Assembly (NCBI GenBank): GCA_963828735.1
Contig: CAWHFW010000002.1
Coordinates: 64,001-128,000 of the forward strand
Length of the DNA stretch: 64,000 nucleotides
Direction of reading: 5' to 3'
DNA from: an uncultured Gemmatimonadales bacterium
Lineage (GTDB): Bacteria; Gemmatimonadota; Gemmatimonadetes; Gemmatimonadales; GWC2-71-9
The notes under the pieces were generated by a model. The model made no database searches. It worked only from the letters and a program-made list of their open reading frames with translations, and was not told the DNA's origin. The position numbers and the translations under genes are program-made. Shown here one piece after another: positions 51,565-62,110 of the stretch. The first letter of the stretch is position 1; each line of letters begins with the position of its first letter.

Positions 51565-53907
51565 CTAGCCGCCGATGGCCGCGACCGCCGCGTCCGGCAC
51601 CCACCCTTCCCGACCGCCCGCGGCCCGGACGAGCAACCATCCGCCGCTGTGCGCCACGACCCGCACGGCGCTGCCTCCCTCGATCGGCGCCAATGCCGGC
51701 GCGCGACCGTGTGGGGAGAGGCGGAGGGTGGCATCGTCGAGCACGATGGCCAGCGGCCGCCGGTACCAGATCCGGAGGGCGAGCCCGCTGAGCACCGCGG
51801 TGCCCGCGAAGACGAGCAGAACCAGCCACCGTTCCCGGATCCGCGGCCGGACGATCCAGCCGAGCCAGCCGGCCATCCAGCCCACGGCTCCCCACAGCAG
51901 CAGCTCCTCCGGGGTCACCGGGGGCGACCAGGTCCAGCGGGCCGACGTGACGTCCGGTGGCGGCGTGAGGTCCAGGGCGCGACGGACCGACGGCTCGCGA
52001 GGATCGAGCCGCCGCGCACGAAGCCACGCGGCCTCCGCGCGCCCGGGTTGGCCCAGGCGATAGTAGGTCGCGCCGAGGTTGTACCAATGGCCGGCGACCG
52101 CGGGCTCGTCGGCAGCGCGAAGGGCGAACCCATCCGCTGCGGCATGCAGCGCGCCGCTCTGGTACAGCTGCTCGGGGGCCGGGTTCTGCGCACGCACGGC
52201 CGGCGCGAGCGCGGCGAGCAACAGGAGCGCGATCGCACCTCCGTGCCGCCGCACCGAGCCGCCGAGTCGGCGGACCACCTCCTGCGCCTCGGCGGCCAGT
52301 CCCTGGTCTTCGGCGGTCGTGCCGGTGGGTCCGTATCGCCGCGCCAGCAGGCGCTCGCGCACGGCGGCGACGCGCGCCGCGAGCTCGGCATCCGCGCCGG
52401 CGGCCCGGACCGCGGCGGCCAGGGCCGGACCGAAGCAGCGATCGGGGTCGGGCGCGAGCGTCACGAGGAGAGCGTCGAGGGCGGCTTCGACGGTTCCGAG
52501 GTCCCGGCCGGCCGGCGCGGCGACGCGTCGTGCGCGCGCAGGCCGCCAGCCGAGGCGCCCCCTGAGGGAGAACAGCAGCGGCGGGAGGCCCAACAGCGCG
52601 ACCCACACCCAATCCGGCACGCGATGCGCCACGGACCATGCGAGGGCCGGCCGCTCCTCGCCCACGAGATCCGGCGGGAGCGCGGTGGCGGCCGCGCTCT
52701 CGCCCCGCGGAGCCACCGGCACCGACGTCGGCGCCACCAGCAGCTCGCGGTATTGGGCGGCACCCAGGTCGAAATACGGATAGTGCACGCCCGGCAACGC
52801 GAGCGCGCCGACGGAATCCGGCACGACGAGATAGCGGAAGGTCTTGGTCCCGCCGACGCGCCCGTCGGTCGCCGTCACCTGTTCGTCGACGCGTTCGAGG
52901 TAGGCGCGTACGTCCGACGGCCAGGTCACCTCCGGGTTCGGCCACAGAGCGGTGTTGCCTAGGCCTGCGAGGCGCAGCTCGACCGCGAGCCCCTCGCCGA
53001 CGCTCGCGCTGGGCGGGGAGAGATGGCGCTCGAGGGTGAGCCCCGTGCCGATCGCGCCGGCGAAGCCCACGGGGCGGCCGGTCGAAGGGAGCGGGAGCAC
53101 GACCAGCGTGTCCGATCGGCTCGAGAGGGCGAACCGCTCTTCCTGGCTGAAGAACTGGAGTGCGACGGGTGTGCTGTACTTGAGCGTCGCGCGGGGGATG
53201 CCCACCGTGCCCGTCACCAGTGGAAAGACGACCTGGTGCGAGACGAAGAGGTCGTACCATCGACCGTGAATGTTCCGGGTTGCGGCGATGCCGCTGGGGG
53301 TCGTCTGGGGGAAGCTCCACACACCGTCGATGACCGGCGGTTGCAGGGTCGGCGGGCGGCGGAGCTGGAGCCGCAGGTCGCGCGGGAACCACGCGGCGGT
53401 GACGACGTCGACCTGCTCCCCGACTCGCACGGTGTCGGTCGACACGAGCAGGTCGACGGCCGGCTCGCCGGCGGGAGGCGCCGGCGCGCGCTCCAGGAGC
53501 TGCCGAAGCCGCGGCCCGAGGGCCGAGGCGGTGGCGGCCCGATTCGCGGCGACGTCCACCACGACCGGCTCCGCTTCCACGGTGTCCTGTCCCTGGACCG
53601 CACGCGCGGGGCCGATCTGCCAATGTCCGGGGCGCACCGCGCGGAGCCGGACCTCGAGGACGGTGGTCCGGATGGGCCCGGCACCGAAGCCGACCTCCGT
53701 CCGCTCGCTCCGGGCGACGACTTCGAGACCGGTGAACGCGGCGAGTGTGACCTGCATCGGGACGGGGGAATGGCTCACCGCCCGTAGCGTGTACGTCAGC
53801 TCCTCGCCGACCGAGAGCCGGTCCTCGTCAACCGAGGCTTCCAGTTGCGGCCGGGTTCCCTGAAGCGAGGCGAGCGCGATCGCCAGCACCGGCAGGAGCG
53901 GCCTCAC
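51565..53907 (-). CDS. BatD-family protein fused to BatE-like TPR and SH3 domains
   Basis: Signal peptide, BatD-like beta domains, WYNLG TPR, C-terminal GWLLVR..EGWV SH3-like domain; Bat operon context. Confidence 0.75.
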   Translation of the reverse strand: MRPLLPVLAIALASLQGTRPQLEASVDEDRLSVGEELTYTLRAVSHSPVPMQVTLAAFTGLEVVARSERTEVGFGAGPIRTTVLEVRLRAVRPGHWQIGPARAVQGQDTVEAEPVVVDVAANRAATASALGPRLRQLLERAPAPPAGEPAVDLLVSTDTVRVGEQVDVVTAAWFPRDLRLQLRRPPTLQPPVIDGVWSFPQTTPSGIAATRNIHGRWYDLFVSHQVVFPLVTGTVGIPRATLKYSTPVALQFFSQEERFALSSRSDTLVVLPLPSTGRPVGFAGAIGTGLTLERHLSPPSASVGEGLAVELRLAGLGNTALWPNPEVTWPSDVRAYLERVDEQVTATDGRVGGTKTFRYLVVPDSVGALALPGVHYPYFDLGAAQYRELLVAPTSVPVAPRGESAAATALPPDLVGEERPALAWSVAHRVPDWVWVALLGLPPLLFSLRGRLGWRPARARRVAAPAGRDLGTVEAALDALLVTLAPDPDRCFGPALAAAVRAAGADAELAARVAAVRERLLARRYGPTGTTAEDQGLAAEAQEVVRRLGGSVRRHGGAIALLLLAALAPAVRAQNPAPEQLYQSGALHAAADGFALRAADEPAVAGHWYNLGATYYRLGQPGRAEAAWLRARRLDPREPSVRRALDLTPPPDVTSARWTWSPPVTPEELLLWGAVGWMAGWLGWIVRPRIRERWLVLLVFAGTAVLSGLALRIWYRRPLAIVLDDATLRLSPHGRAPALAPIEGGSAVRVVAHSGGWLLVRAAGGREGWVPDAAVAAIGG

Positions 53908-55538
53908 CAGTCCTTGACCCCGCCGGAGCTGCCCTGCAGGCGACGCTGTTGCTCCTCACGCGTCTCGCGCTCGCGGCGCTCCATCGAGTTGAGAATCTGC
54001 TCGGCCTGACTCTGCGACAGATCCCTGGACTGCGGCTCGGGCGGCTTCTGCGGCTGGGGCGATTGCGGCCCGCCGCTGGGTGGCGGCGTGCCTCCTCCGC
54101 CTCCGCCGCCCTGTGGTGGCGGGGGCGGACGGCGCCGCTCGGCGAGCTCGAGATTCCATTTGGCGCGTGCGGACGAGGGTTGCAGCAGCAGCGCCTGCCG
54201 GAGGCGGTCCGTGGCGTCGTCGAGCATCTCGTCTCGTCGCGATGTGTCGCCCTGGGCGGTGAGCAGCGAAACGAGCCCCAGATTGTAGAGGGCGCGATAC
54301 CGCAGGCCGGGGTCGAGCGACTTGGCGGCTTCGGCCAGCGCGCCGCGGGCGACTTCGAGCCGCCCGGCCTCGAGCGCGGCCGTGCCCGCGTTGTAGAACG
54401 CCGTGTCCTTGGCGCGCCCGGTCCCCGCCTCCTTCAGAAACTCGGCGGCCGCACGGGAGGGATCGCCGGCCGCGAGGGCGCGCGCCCCCGCGGTGGGTCG
54501 CTGGGCCGCGGCGGGCCGGGCGAGCAGCAGCAGGCCCGCCAGGCCCACCAGGGCCGGCCCCGGACGGGCGATGGTGTAGGCGAGCAGGAGCAGCGCCGCG
54601 ACGAGGCCGGGAATCCAGGCGCGAGGCACCAGATCCGCCGTCCGCGTCGCCGACGTGGGACTTCGCTTGAACGCGGCGACGAGATCGCGCACGGCCCCGG
54701 CCTGATCGCGCGCCTCGCTCGGAATGAGCGTGCCCTCGGCGGCGTCGGCCATGGCGCGGAGAATGTCGTCGCGCCGCTGGGTCTCGATGACGGTGCCCTC
54801 GTCGTCACGCTTGTACTCGACCAGCGCTCCGGTCGAATCGCGGATCGGAATGCGGATCGGCGCGGCGCCGCCTTCGCCGACGACGATCAGACGGACACCC
54901 GCCTCCTTGAGCACCTCCGCCTGACGCACGATCTCGGGCAGCGTGTCGTGCGCCTCGCCGTCGGTGAACACGACCAGCACGCGGTCCGCCGCGTCGGAGG
55001 TCGCGGCGAGAAGCTGCGTCCCCTGCGCGATCACGCTCGAGAGCGTCGTGCCGCCTTCGCTCGCGAGATCGGGATCGAGCGCGTCGAGGTACATGCGGAT
55101 CGCGCCGCCATCGACCGTGAGCGGTGACAGGATGTAGCTCCGGCCCGCGAAAGCGATGAGCCCGAGGCGGTCGCCCTCGAGGTCCTGGATGAGACGGCGG
55201 GACTCGCGAATGGCGCGCTGGAGACGGTTCGGCTGCACGTCCTCCGCCAGCATCGAGCGGCTGATGTCCACGGCGAACACGAGACTCAGCGCGCGCGACT
55301 CGGTCCGGATCTCGGTCCGACCCCAGCGCGGGCCGGCCAGCGCGACGACGATCGCGAGGCCCACGAGGCCCAGCACCACCGGCGCCCACGCGCCCCGCGC
55401 CCTGGCGAGGCGTCCGAGCGCGGGCGACCAACGGCGCGCGAGCCGGATGCGTCGGCGGCGGCCGAGCCAGGCGGCAAAGCCGAGCGCCGCGCCGAAGAGC
55501 GGCGCCATGAGCAGCAGCAGCGGCGCATCGAAGATCAT
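53904..55538 (-). CDS. VWA + TPR protein (BatB/BatC-like fusion)
   Basis: DISRSM MIDAS, GDRLGLIAFAG, TDGE, YNAG/YNLG TPRs, terminal KDW. Confidence 0.85.
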   Translation of the reverse strand: MIFDAPLLLLMAPLFGAALGFAAWLGRRRRIRLARRWSPALGRLARARGAWAPVVLGLVGLAIVVALAGPRWGRTEIRTESRALSLVFAVDISRSMLAEDVQPNRLQRAIRESRRLIQDLEGDRLGLIAFAGRSYILSPLTVDGGAIRMYLDALDPDLASEGGTTLSSVIAQGTQLLAATSDAADRVLVVFTDGEAHDTLPEIVRQAEVLKEAGVRLIVVGEGGAAPIRIPIRDSTGALVEYKRDDEGTVIETQRRDDILRAMADAAEGTLIPSEARDQAGAVRDLVAAFKRSPTSATRTADLVPRAWIPGLVAALLLLAYTIARPGPALVGLAGLLLLARPAAAQRPTAGARALAAGDPSRAAAEFLKEAGTGRAKDTAFYNAGTAALEAGRLEVARGALAEAAKSLDPGLRYRALYNLGLVSLLTAQGDTSRRDEMLDDATDRLRQALLLQPSSARAKWNLELAERRRPPPPPQGGGGGGGTPPPSGGPQSPQPQKPPEPQSRDLSQSQAEQILNSMERRERETREEQQRRLQGSSGGVKDW

Positions 55539-56509
55539 GGGACCCGCACCACCAGCGTGCTGCCGATGAGCAGCTCGAGCGCGAGCGCGGTCAGCCCGAG
55601 CAGAAGAAGCGGCCGCGTGGCCTCCTCGTACTTGGTGTAGCGCGTCACCTGGATCGGCGTCTTCTCGAGCTGGTCGATCTGGCGGAAGATCCGGCTCAGC
55701 GCCTCGCTGTCGCGCGCGCGGAAGTAGCGGCCGCCGGTCTTGTCGGCGATCTCGCGGAGCAGCGGCTCGTCGATGCGGACCGGAAGGAGCTCGTAGCGGA
55801 ACCCCCCGAGCCCACGGCCGGTCGGGATCGGCGCCTCGCCGATGGTGCCGACCCCGATCGTGTACACCCGGATCCCGTAGGCGGCGGCGGTGGCGGCGGC
55901 GGTCCGCGGATCGATCAGCCCCTTGTTGTTCTCCCCGTCCGTAAGGAGGAGCACGACCTTCGACTTGTCGGGCGCGCGCCGCAGCCGGTTCACCGCCGTC
56001 GCGAGGCCGCTCCCGATGGCCGTGCCGTCCTCGAGGCTGCCGATCTTGAGGTCCATCACCGCCTGCTCGACGACCGGGTAGTCGAGCGTGACCGGCACCT
56101 GCGTCAGGGCCTCCCCCGCGAAGGCGACCAGCCCGATGCGGTCGGCCGAGCGGCCCCGGATGAACGCGACCGCCTGGCGCTGGGCGACGGCGAGCCGGTT
56201 CGAGGGCGCGAAGTCCTCGGCCAGCATGCTGCTCGAGATGTCGATCGCGATGACGATGGCGATGCCCTCCTGCTTCACCTCGACCGTGTCGCCGCCGACC
56301 CGCGGCCCGGCCGCCGCGAGCACGAGGGCCGCGGCGCTCACCCCGCGCAGCATGGGCGGAATCGCGACCCACCAGCGGCGCGCGCTCACCGCGGCGGGAA
56401 TGGAGACGTCGCTGTAGGCCGCCGCCGGCACCTCGCCCCGCCGGCGGCGCCACCACCAGATGACCAGCCCGATCAGCAGCAGCAGGAGCCAGGGCCGGGC
56501 GAATGTCAC
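55535..56509 (-). CDS. VWA domain protein (BatA-like)
   Basis: TFARPWLL, DISSSM, DRIGLVAFAG, GTAIG, LLTDGENN, GGRYFRA. Confidence 0.9.
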   Translation of the reverse strand: MTFARPWLLLLLIGLVIWWWRRRRGEVPAAAYSDVSIPAAVSARRWWVAIPPMLRGVSAAALVLAAAGPRVGGDTVEVKQEGIAIVIAIDISSSMLAEDFAPSNRLAVAQRQAVAFIRGRSADRIGLVAFAGEALTQVPVTLDYPVVEQAVMDLKIGSLEDGTAIGSGLATAVNRLRRAPDKSKVVLLLTDGENNKGLIDPRTAAATAAAYGIRVYTIGVGTIGEAPIPTGRGLGGFRYELLPVRIDEPLLREIADKTGGRYFRARDSEALSRIFRQIDQLEKTPIQVTRYTKYEEATRPLLLLGLTALALELLIGSTLVVRVP

Positions 56510-57303
56510 GCGGCCTCCGGGACCAGGCGCGGCGCCAGCTCGTCGGCCCACCGGGCGAGCCCGACCGCGTCGGGGAACGCCGTCTGGCCGAAGCGCGCCT
56601 CGTCCAACGAGCGAAGCAGGTCGGCGAGCTCGCCGAGCGGCCAATCGGTGCGCGGGGCGACCACGCGGAGCACGTCCTCGGTGTCGAGGCCGGGGTGCGC
56701 CGACGGCATGCGAGCGGCGATGAGCGAGCGCAGCCGCTGGGCGGCGACGGACGCCACGGCCCGGGTCTCGCCGGCGTCGGCCCATCGGTCGAGCGGAGGC
56801 CCGGCCTCGCCGAGGAGCGCCAGCGCCGGCCGCGGACGCGGCTTCCCGCGCCGCCGCCACCACCAGTGCAGCGGCGCGAGCAGGAGCGCGGCCAACGCGA
56901 GCAGCAGGAGAAGGGGGAGCACGCTCAGGCTCGTGCGCGGCACGAAGTCGGCGCGCGGCTGCGGCGCGAGCGACTCGGGGGGCACCGGCGGCAGCACGCT
57001 CGCGATGCGGAGGTCCATCGGTCGCGGCGGGACCGAATCGATGCGTCCGCCCTCCGTGAGCAGGAGGGGGCCGGGGACGTCGAGCGTGATCGGCCCCGCG
57101 CGCCACACGACGATGGGATACGCGATGTCGGCCGAGTCGCCGTGCGGGGTGACGCGCGGCGGACCGAGACGCTCCACGGGGTCGGCGGGGTCCCAGTCGG
57201 CCGGGCGGAGCGTCGCGCCGGGAGGAACGGCCACGGTGCGCGCGACCCAGATCGTGTCGCCGACGGTCGGCGCGGGGGCCGGCACCTGCACGAGCACGAT
57301 CAT
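56506..57303 (-). CDS. Hypothetical membrane protein of the Bat/MoxR operon
   Basis: Coupled on both sides; TVGD start, one TM helix, LDEARF motif. Confidence 0.7.
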   Translation of the reverse strand: MIVLVQVPAPAPTVGDTIWVARTVAVPPGATLRPADWDPADPVERLGPPRVTPHGDSADIAYPIVVWRAGPITLDVPGPLLLTEGGRIDSVPPRPMDLRIASVLPPVPPESLAPQPRADFVPRTSLSVLPLLLLLALAALLLAPLHWWWRRRGKPRPRPALALLGEAGPPLDRWADAGETRAVASVAAQRLRSLIAARMPSAHPGLDTEDVLRVVAPRTDWPLGELADLLRSLDEARFGQTAFPDAVGLARWADELAPRLVPEAA

Positions 57304-58181
57304 GCGCGGCGGATCCGCCGGGCCCGCTGCGCAAACGCGCGGCGGAGCGGCAATGCGTACGGCACGCCCGTCTCGAGGTGCACCTGGTCGGCCCCGGAGG
57401 CCTTGAGGGTTCGGCTCCGCTCCTCGCGGCGCGCGCGCGTGAGGGTGCCGACGCGGGTGCGCACTTCCCGGCTGCCCGTGTCCACCAGCACCCGGCGTCC
57501 GGTTTCCGCGTCCAGCATCTCGATCCAGCCCGATTCGGGGAGCTCGTGCTCGCGGGGATCATCCACCGTGATGGCGACCACCTCGTGTCGCGCCGCGAGG
57601 CGCCGAAGGGGCCGCTCCCATCCCTCGGCGATGAAGTCGGAGAGGATGACGACAATGCTCCGGTGCCGGAGCAGGCGGCTCGCGTAGGACAGGCTGGCGG
57701 CCAGATTGGTGCGGCGGCCGGTCGGCTCGAACGCGACGAGATCGCGGATGACCCGGAGCGCGTGGCGGCGGCCCTTCCGCGGCGGGATCACGCTCTCGAC
57801 CTCGTCGGCGAAGAGCAGAGCGCCCACCCGATCGTTCTGCCGCGCCGCCGCCAGCGCGAGCACGGCGGCGACTTCCACCGCCAGCGACGCCTTCGTCAGC
57901 GGCTCGCCGAACCGGGTGGATCCCGACTGGTCCACCAGCAGCATCAAGGTGAGCTCACGCTCCTCGGTGAACGTCTTGACGTAGGGGCTGGCCAGGCGGG
58001 CGGAGACGTTCCAGTCGATCGACCGGAAGTCGTCGCCCGCCTCGTACGCGCGGACCTCCGCGAACTCCATCCCCTGCCCCCGGAACACGGAGCGGTACTC
58101 GCCCGCGAAGAGCGACCCCACCAGGCCGCGCGTGCGCAGCTCGATGCCTTTGACCTGCTTGAGGATGTCGGGGGAGATCAT
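57300..58181 (-). CDS. DUF58 protein
   Basis: GEYRSVFRGQGMEFAEVRAY, IDWNVSAR, EERE, DQSGS, LSDF. Confidence 0.93.
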   Translation of the reverse strand: MISPDILKQVKGIELRTRGLVGSLFAGEYRSVFRGQGMEFAEVRAYEAGDDFRSIDWNVSARLASPYVKTFTEERELTLMLLVDQSGSTRFGEPLTKASLAVEVAAVLALAAARQNDRVGALLFADEVESVIPPRKGRRHALRVIRDLVAFEPTGRRTNLAASLSYASRLLRHRSIVVILSDFIAEGWERPLRRLAARHEVVAITVDDPREHELPESGWIEMLDAETGRRVLVDTGSREVRTRVGTLTRARREERSRTLKASGADQVHLETGVPYALPLRRAFAQRARRIRRA

Positions 58182-58211
58182 GCGATCGGGTCGTCGGTGG
58201 TGCGCTGATCC

Positions 58212-59192
58212 TCACGGCACTCGGAGCGCACCGAGCACCTTGGTCACGACGCTATCGCTGTCCACATCCTCGGCCTCGGCCTCGAACGTGAGAACGATCC
58301 GGTGGCGCAGCACGTCGGGAGCGAGGGCGCGGACGTCCTCGGGCACGACGTAGGCGCGGCCCCGGAGAAAGGCGTGGGCCCGGGCCGCCTGGGCTAGCGC
58401 GATCGAGGCGCGCGGCGATGCGCCGAAGGCGATGAGCGGCTTGAGCTCGCCGAGCCCCACGCCGCCCGGGTCGCGCGTCGCGCGTACGAGGTCCACGATG
58501 TAGTCCACCACCTTCTGGTCCATGTAGAGATCGGCGATGGCCGCGCGCGCCGCGAGGATCGCGCCCGGCTCGAGCAGCCGCTCGACGGGAATCTCGTGGC
58601 CGCCGCTCATGCGCAGCAGCACTTCCTTCTCTTCATCCCGGCTGGGATAGCTCACCCGCACCTTGAGCATGAAGCGATCGAGCTGCGCTTCCGGGAGCGG
58701 ATAGGTGCCCTCGTTCTCGATCGGATTCTGGGTGGCGAGCACGAGGAAGGGCTCGTCGAGCCGATAGGTGGTGCCGCCGATGGTGACCTGGTGCTCCTGC
58801 ATCCCCTCGAGCAGCGCCGCCTGCACCTTGGCCGGCGCGCGGTTGATCTCGTCGGCCAGGATGATCTGCGCGAACAGCGGCCCTTTCTTGACGAAGAAGT
58901 CCTGGGTCTTCTGGTCGAAGACCATGGTGCCGATTACGTCGGCGGGCAGGAGATCGGGCGTGAACTGGATGCGGGAGAACGAGGCGTTGATGATCTCGGC
59001 GAGCGTCCGCACCGCGAGGGTCTTCGCGAGGCCGGGCACGCCCTCCAGCAGGATGTGGCCGCCGGTGAGCATGCCCACGAGCAGCCGCTCGATCATCGCG
59101 TCCTGGCCCACGATCCGGCGGGACACCTCCTTGAGAATCCGCTGCACGGGCAGCGTCTCCGCCGGTTTGTCGGTCAGCTTCGGCGCGCTCAC
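58212..59192 (-). CDS. moxR: MoxR family AAA+ ATPase
   Basis: HILLEGVPGLAKT, RIQFTPDLLPAD, DEINRA, ATQNPIE, LPEAQLDRF, GASPR. Confidence 0.95.
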   Translation of the reverse strand: MSAPKLTDKPAETLPVQRILKEVSRRIVGQDAMIERLLVGMLTGGHILLEGVPGLAKTLAVRTLAEIINASFSRIQFTPDLLPADVIGTMVFDQKTQDFFVKKGPLFAQIILADEINRAPAKVQAALLEGMQEHQVTIGGTTYRLDEPFLVLATQNPIENEGTYPLPEAQLDRFMLKVRVSYPSRDEEKEVLLRMSGGHEIPVERLLEPGAILAARAAIADLYMDQKVVDYIVDLVRATRDPGGVGLGELKPLIAFGASPRASIALAQAARAHAFLRGRAYVVPEDVRALAPDVLRHRIVLTFEAEAEDVDSDSVVTKVLGALRVP

Positions 59193-59352
59193 GCTCGCTG
59201 GCTCCTAAGGATGAGTGGGGGAAAGATAGCCGGGGCCGGATCGTTGTTCAGATGCGCGACCGGCGGCATGGGACGCAGGGTCGGGCACCGTCGGCTGCGG
59301 ACGTGCCCAGTTGCTGGACGGTCGTCCGGAAGCGGTGGTTTCACAGGCCCGG

Positions 59353-60084
59353 TCACTCCGGGTCCGCGTCCATCCGCACCGCCTTGTACAGCGCCGCTTC
59401 CTCCTTCGGCGCCAAGGGGCGGTAGCGTCCGGACGGCAGGTCCCCGAGGCGCACGGGACCGTACGAGAGGCGGGCGAGCCGGTCCACCTTGAGGCCCATC
59501 GCCTCCACCCACCTTCGCACGATCCGGTTGCGACCCTCCACCAGGGTGACGTCGAGGATGCTCCGTCCTTCCGTCCCTGGCCGCACGCGGACCTCGCTCG
59601 GCGCGACCGGCCGGCCGTCGATGACCGTCTTGCGCTTGACCGCTTCCCCGACCTCGGCGGTGGACAGCCCGTGCACCAGTGCGGTGTAGCGGCGCGGAAT
59701 ATGGTAGCGCGGGTGGGTCAGCCGATGGACCGCCTCACCGTCCGTGGTGAGCAGCAGGAGACCGGTGGTCATCACGTCGAGGCGGCCCACGTACGTCAGG
59801 CCGGCCGGATCGGGGATGTAGTCGAGGACGGTGCGGCGGCCTTCCTCGTCGCTCGCAGTCGTGACCACGCCGAGCGGCTTGTGGAAGGCGAGCCAGCGCC
59901 GGGCCTGCAGTTTCACCGCGCGTCCGCCCACCGTGATCTTTTGCCGGTCCGGATCCACCTTCGAGCCGAGCGACGCCACCGCCCCGTCGACCCGGACCTT
60001 GCCGTCCCGGATCAGCGTTTCGGCGGCCCGCCGCGACGCGATCCCCGCCCGCGCCAGCGCGCGCTGGAGCCGCATCTCACTCAC
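59353..60084 (-). CDS. rluB: rRNA pseudouridine synthase (RsuA/RluB family)
   Basis: S4 domain RLQRALARAGIASRR, HKP, VGRLD, EGRNR; follows scpB. Confidence 0.85.
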   Translation of the reverse strand: MSEMRLQRALARAGIASRRAAETLIRDGKVRVDGAVASLGSKVDPDRQKITVGGRAVKLQARRWLAFHKPLGVVTTASDEEGRRTVLDYIPDPAGLTYVGRLDVMTTGLLLLTTDGEAVHRLTHPRYHIPRRYTALVHGLSTAEVGEAVKRKTVIDGRPVAPSEVRVRPGTEGRSILDVTLVEGRNRIVRRWVEAMGLKVDRLARLSYGPVRLGDLPSGRYRPLAPKEEAALYKAVRMDADPE

Positions 60085-60665
60085 GACTCGGCCTCGACGT
60101 ACGCGGCGGCATCGTCACCGCCTTCCGGCTCCGGCCGGTGCGGCTGCAGCGCGATGGTGAGCTCCTCGGCCCGCGGCAGGTCGGCGAGGTCCCTGAGGCC
60201 GAGCAGCTCGAGGAACATCGCCGCCGTGCCGTAGAGCAGCGGACGGCCGAGGGCCTCGCTGCGCCCCACCACCTCGATGAGGCCACGCTCCTGGAGCGAG
60301 CGGAGCACGCCGCCTGCCGAGACGCCGCGGATCTCCTCGATCTCCGCCCGCCCAACCGGCTGGCGGTAGGCGATGACGGCCAACGTTTCAAGGGCCGCGG
60401 CGGTGAGCTTGGGCGTCCGCACCGAGAACTGGGCCCGCTCGATGGCGGCCGCGTGGACGGCGCGGGTCAGGATCTGGTAGCCGCCCGCGATCTCCGTCAG
60501 CTCCACGCCGTGCTGCTCGAAATCGTAGTGCTCGCGGACCTGCTCGAGCGCGACGCGCACGTCCGCGAGCGTCGCATCCTGGTCCAGGGTGGCGAGCTCC
60601 TCGACGGTGAGCGGGCGGGCGGCGCTGAACAGCGCCGCTTCAAGCAGCTGGGCGAGCGGGGTCAC
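60081..60665 (-). CDS. scpB: SMC-Scp complex subunit ScpB
   Basis: LEAALF, ALETLAVIAYRQPV, IEEIRGV, GRPLLYGT. Confidence 0.96.
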   Translation of the reverse strand: MTPLAQLLEAALFSAARPLTVEELATLDQDATLADVRVALEQVREHYDFEQHGVELTEIAGGYQILTRAVHAAAIERAQFSVRTPKLTAAALETLAVIAYRQPVGRAEIEEIRGVSAGGVLRSLQERGLIEVVGRSEALGRPLLYGTAAMFLELLGLRDLADLPRAEELTIALQPHRPEPEGGDDAAAYVEAES

Positions 60666-61386
60666 GGGCGATCACCATCGGCGCAAAGGCGGCCGGTTGC
60701 ATGATTCGGAGAGCGCCCCGCTTGGCGAGCTCGAGCAGGGCCAGCAGGGTCGAGAGCACGTCCACGATGGTCGGGCGAGGACCGAGGGCGTCGAGCCAGC
60801 CGAACTGCTCGCGCTCCTCGAGCAGCTGCTCGAGACGCCGCGTGGCCGACTCGACGTCGAGCGGCCGGGCCACCACCCGATGGAGCACGGGCGACGGAAT
60901 GGCGGCGATCACCCGCTCGACCGCCTGCAGCATCTCGAGGAGATCGAGCGTGAGCGGTGGCGGCGGGAGCTCGGGCGGTGGCGGGAGGTAGCCGCGGGCG
61001 AACTGGCCCGCGCGCCGCTCGGCGGCTCGGCCCATCCACACGGCGATCTCGCGGATCTGCTGGTACTCGAGGAGCCGCCGCACCAGCTCCGCGCGCGGAT
61101 CCTCCCAGCCGTCCTCCTCCGAGTGGCGCGGCAGCAGCATCTGCGCCTTGAGGCGCACCAGCCGGCTCGCCATGTCGAGGTAATCGGCGGCCTGGTTGAG
61201 GCCGAGCTCGTGGATGGCCTGAAGGAACTGGTCGGCGATCCGCGCGATCGGAATGTCCGCGATCTCGAGCTGCTCCTCGCGGAGCAGGTGCAGGAGCAGG
61301 TCCAGCGGGCCGTTGAACGCATCCAGCTGAACGACGAAGCCTGGCCCCGCGCCGAGCGCGGTGGTGGGCGCCTCAGGCGCCGTCAC
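60640..61386 (-). CDS. scpA: Segregation and condensation protein A
   Basis: FNGPLDLLLHL, DPRAELVRRLLEY, LALLELAK. Confidence 0.95.
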   Translation of the reverse strand: MTAPEAPTTALGAGPGFVVQLDAFNGPLDLLLHLLREEQLEIADIPIARIADQFLQAIHELGLNQAADYLDMASRLVRLKAQMLLPRHSEEDGWEDPRAELVRRLLEYQQIREIAVWMGRAAERRAGQFARGYLPPPPELPPPPLTLDLLEMLQAVERVIAAIPSPVLHRVVARPLDVESATRRLEQLLEEREQFGWLDALGPRPTIVDVLSTLLALLELAKRGALRIMQPAAFAPMVIARDPARPAA

Positions 61387-62081
61387 GAGAAGATGTCCCA
61401 TCCGTCACCGACCCGGAATGGCAGAATGAGTCGCAGCAGGAGGTCTCGCAGGTGATACGCCGGCGTCAGGAGGAACGAGACCACCGGGGGAAAAAAGAAT
61501 AGGAGCGCGAACAGCGGCAAATACCCGAACCGGCCCAGGCCACGGTACCACGTGCCCGCGCGGGGCGGCAGCGCGTGATACAGGAGGTGCGAGCCATCGA
61601 GCGGGGGAACCGGAATGAGGTTGAAGAAGCAGAGCACCAGGTTCAGCCAGATCCCGTACACCATCATGCGCTGCGCGGTGTCCAGGGCCGCCATCGCGCC
61701 GGGCACGCCGCGAGCGGCCATACCCAGGAGCACGAACAACACGGAAAAGACCAGCGAAAGCACCAGGTTGGTCGTGACGCCGGCCGCCGACACGATGATG
61801 TCGCCCCGACGAAATTTCCGGAACTTGCGCGAATTGACCGGCACCGGCTTGGCGCCGCCGAAGGTCCAGCTTCCGCCCGAGCCGAACCAGAGCAGCGCCG
61901 GCAGCAGCAGACTCATCCAGGGATCGATATGCGGCAGCGGATTGAGCGTGACCCGACCGAGCGTGTATGCGGTATCGTCGCCCTCGTGGAGCGCGGTCAC
62001 CGCGTGCGCGTACTCGTGCGCCACCATCGCGAAGACCAACATCGGGAACGCGAGGATGAAGTCGCTGATCTGGGCTTCCAG
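61383..62081 (-). CDS. Site-2 protease (M50) family protein; possible CTG start
   Basis: HEYAH, GDDTA..GRVTLNPLPHID, AKPVPV, FNLIPVPPLDG; the first ATG (62042) lies inside the first TM helix. Confidence 0.9.
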   Translation of the reverse strand: MEAQISDFILAFPMLVFAMVAHEYAHAVTALHEGDDTAYTLGRVTLNPLPHIDPWMSLLLPALLWFGSGGSWTFGGAKPVPVNSRKFRKFRRGDIIVSAAGVTTNLVLSLVFSVLFVLLGMAARGVPGAMAALDTAQRMMVYGIWLNLVLCFFNLIPVPPLDGSHLLYHALPPRAGTWYRGLGRFGYLPLFALLFFFPPVVSFLLTPAYHLRDLLLRLILPFRVGDGWDIFS

Positions 62082-62110
62082 GGTTCTGTCCTGTCGGTGG
62101 GGACGGCGGA

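Noticed and set aside
51565..59192. MoxR-DUF58-VWA-TPR-BatD cluster as a novel system
   Set aside because: Matches the known, widespread Bat/MoxR operon layout
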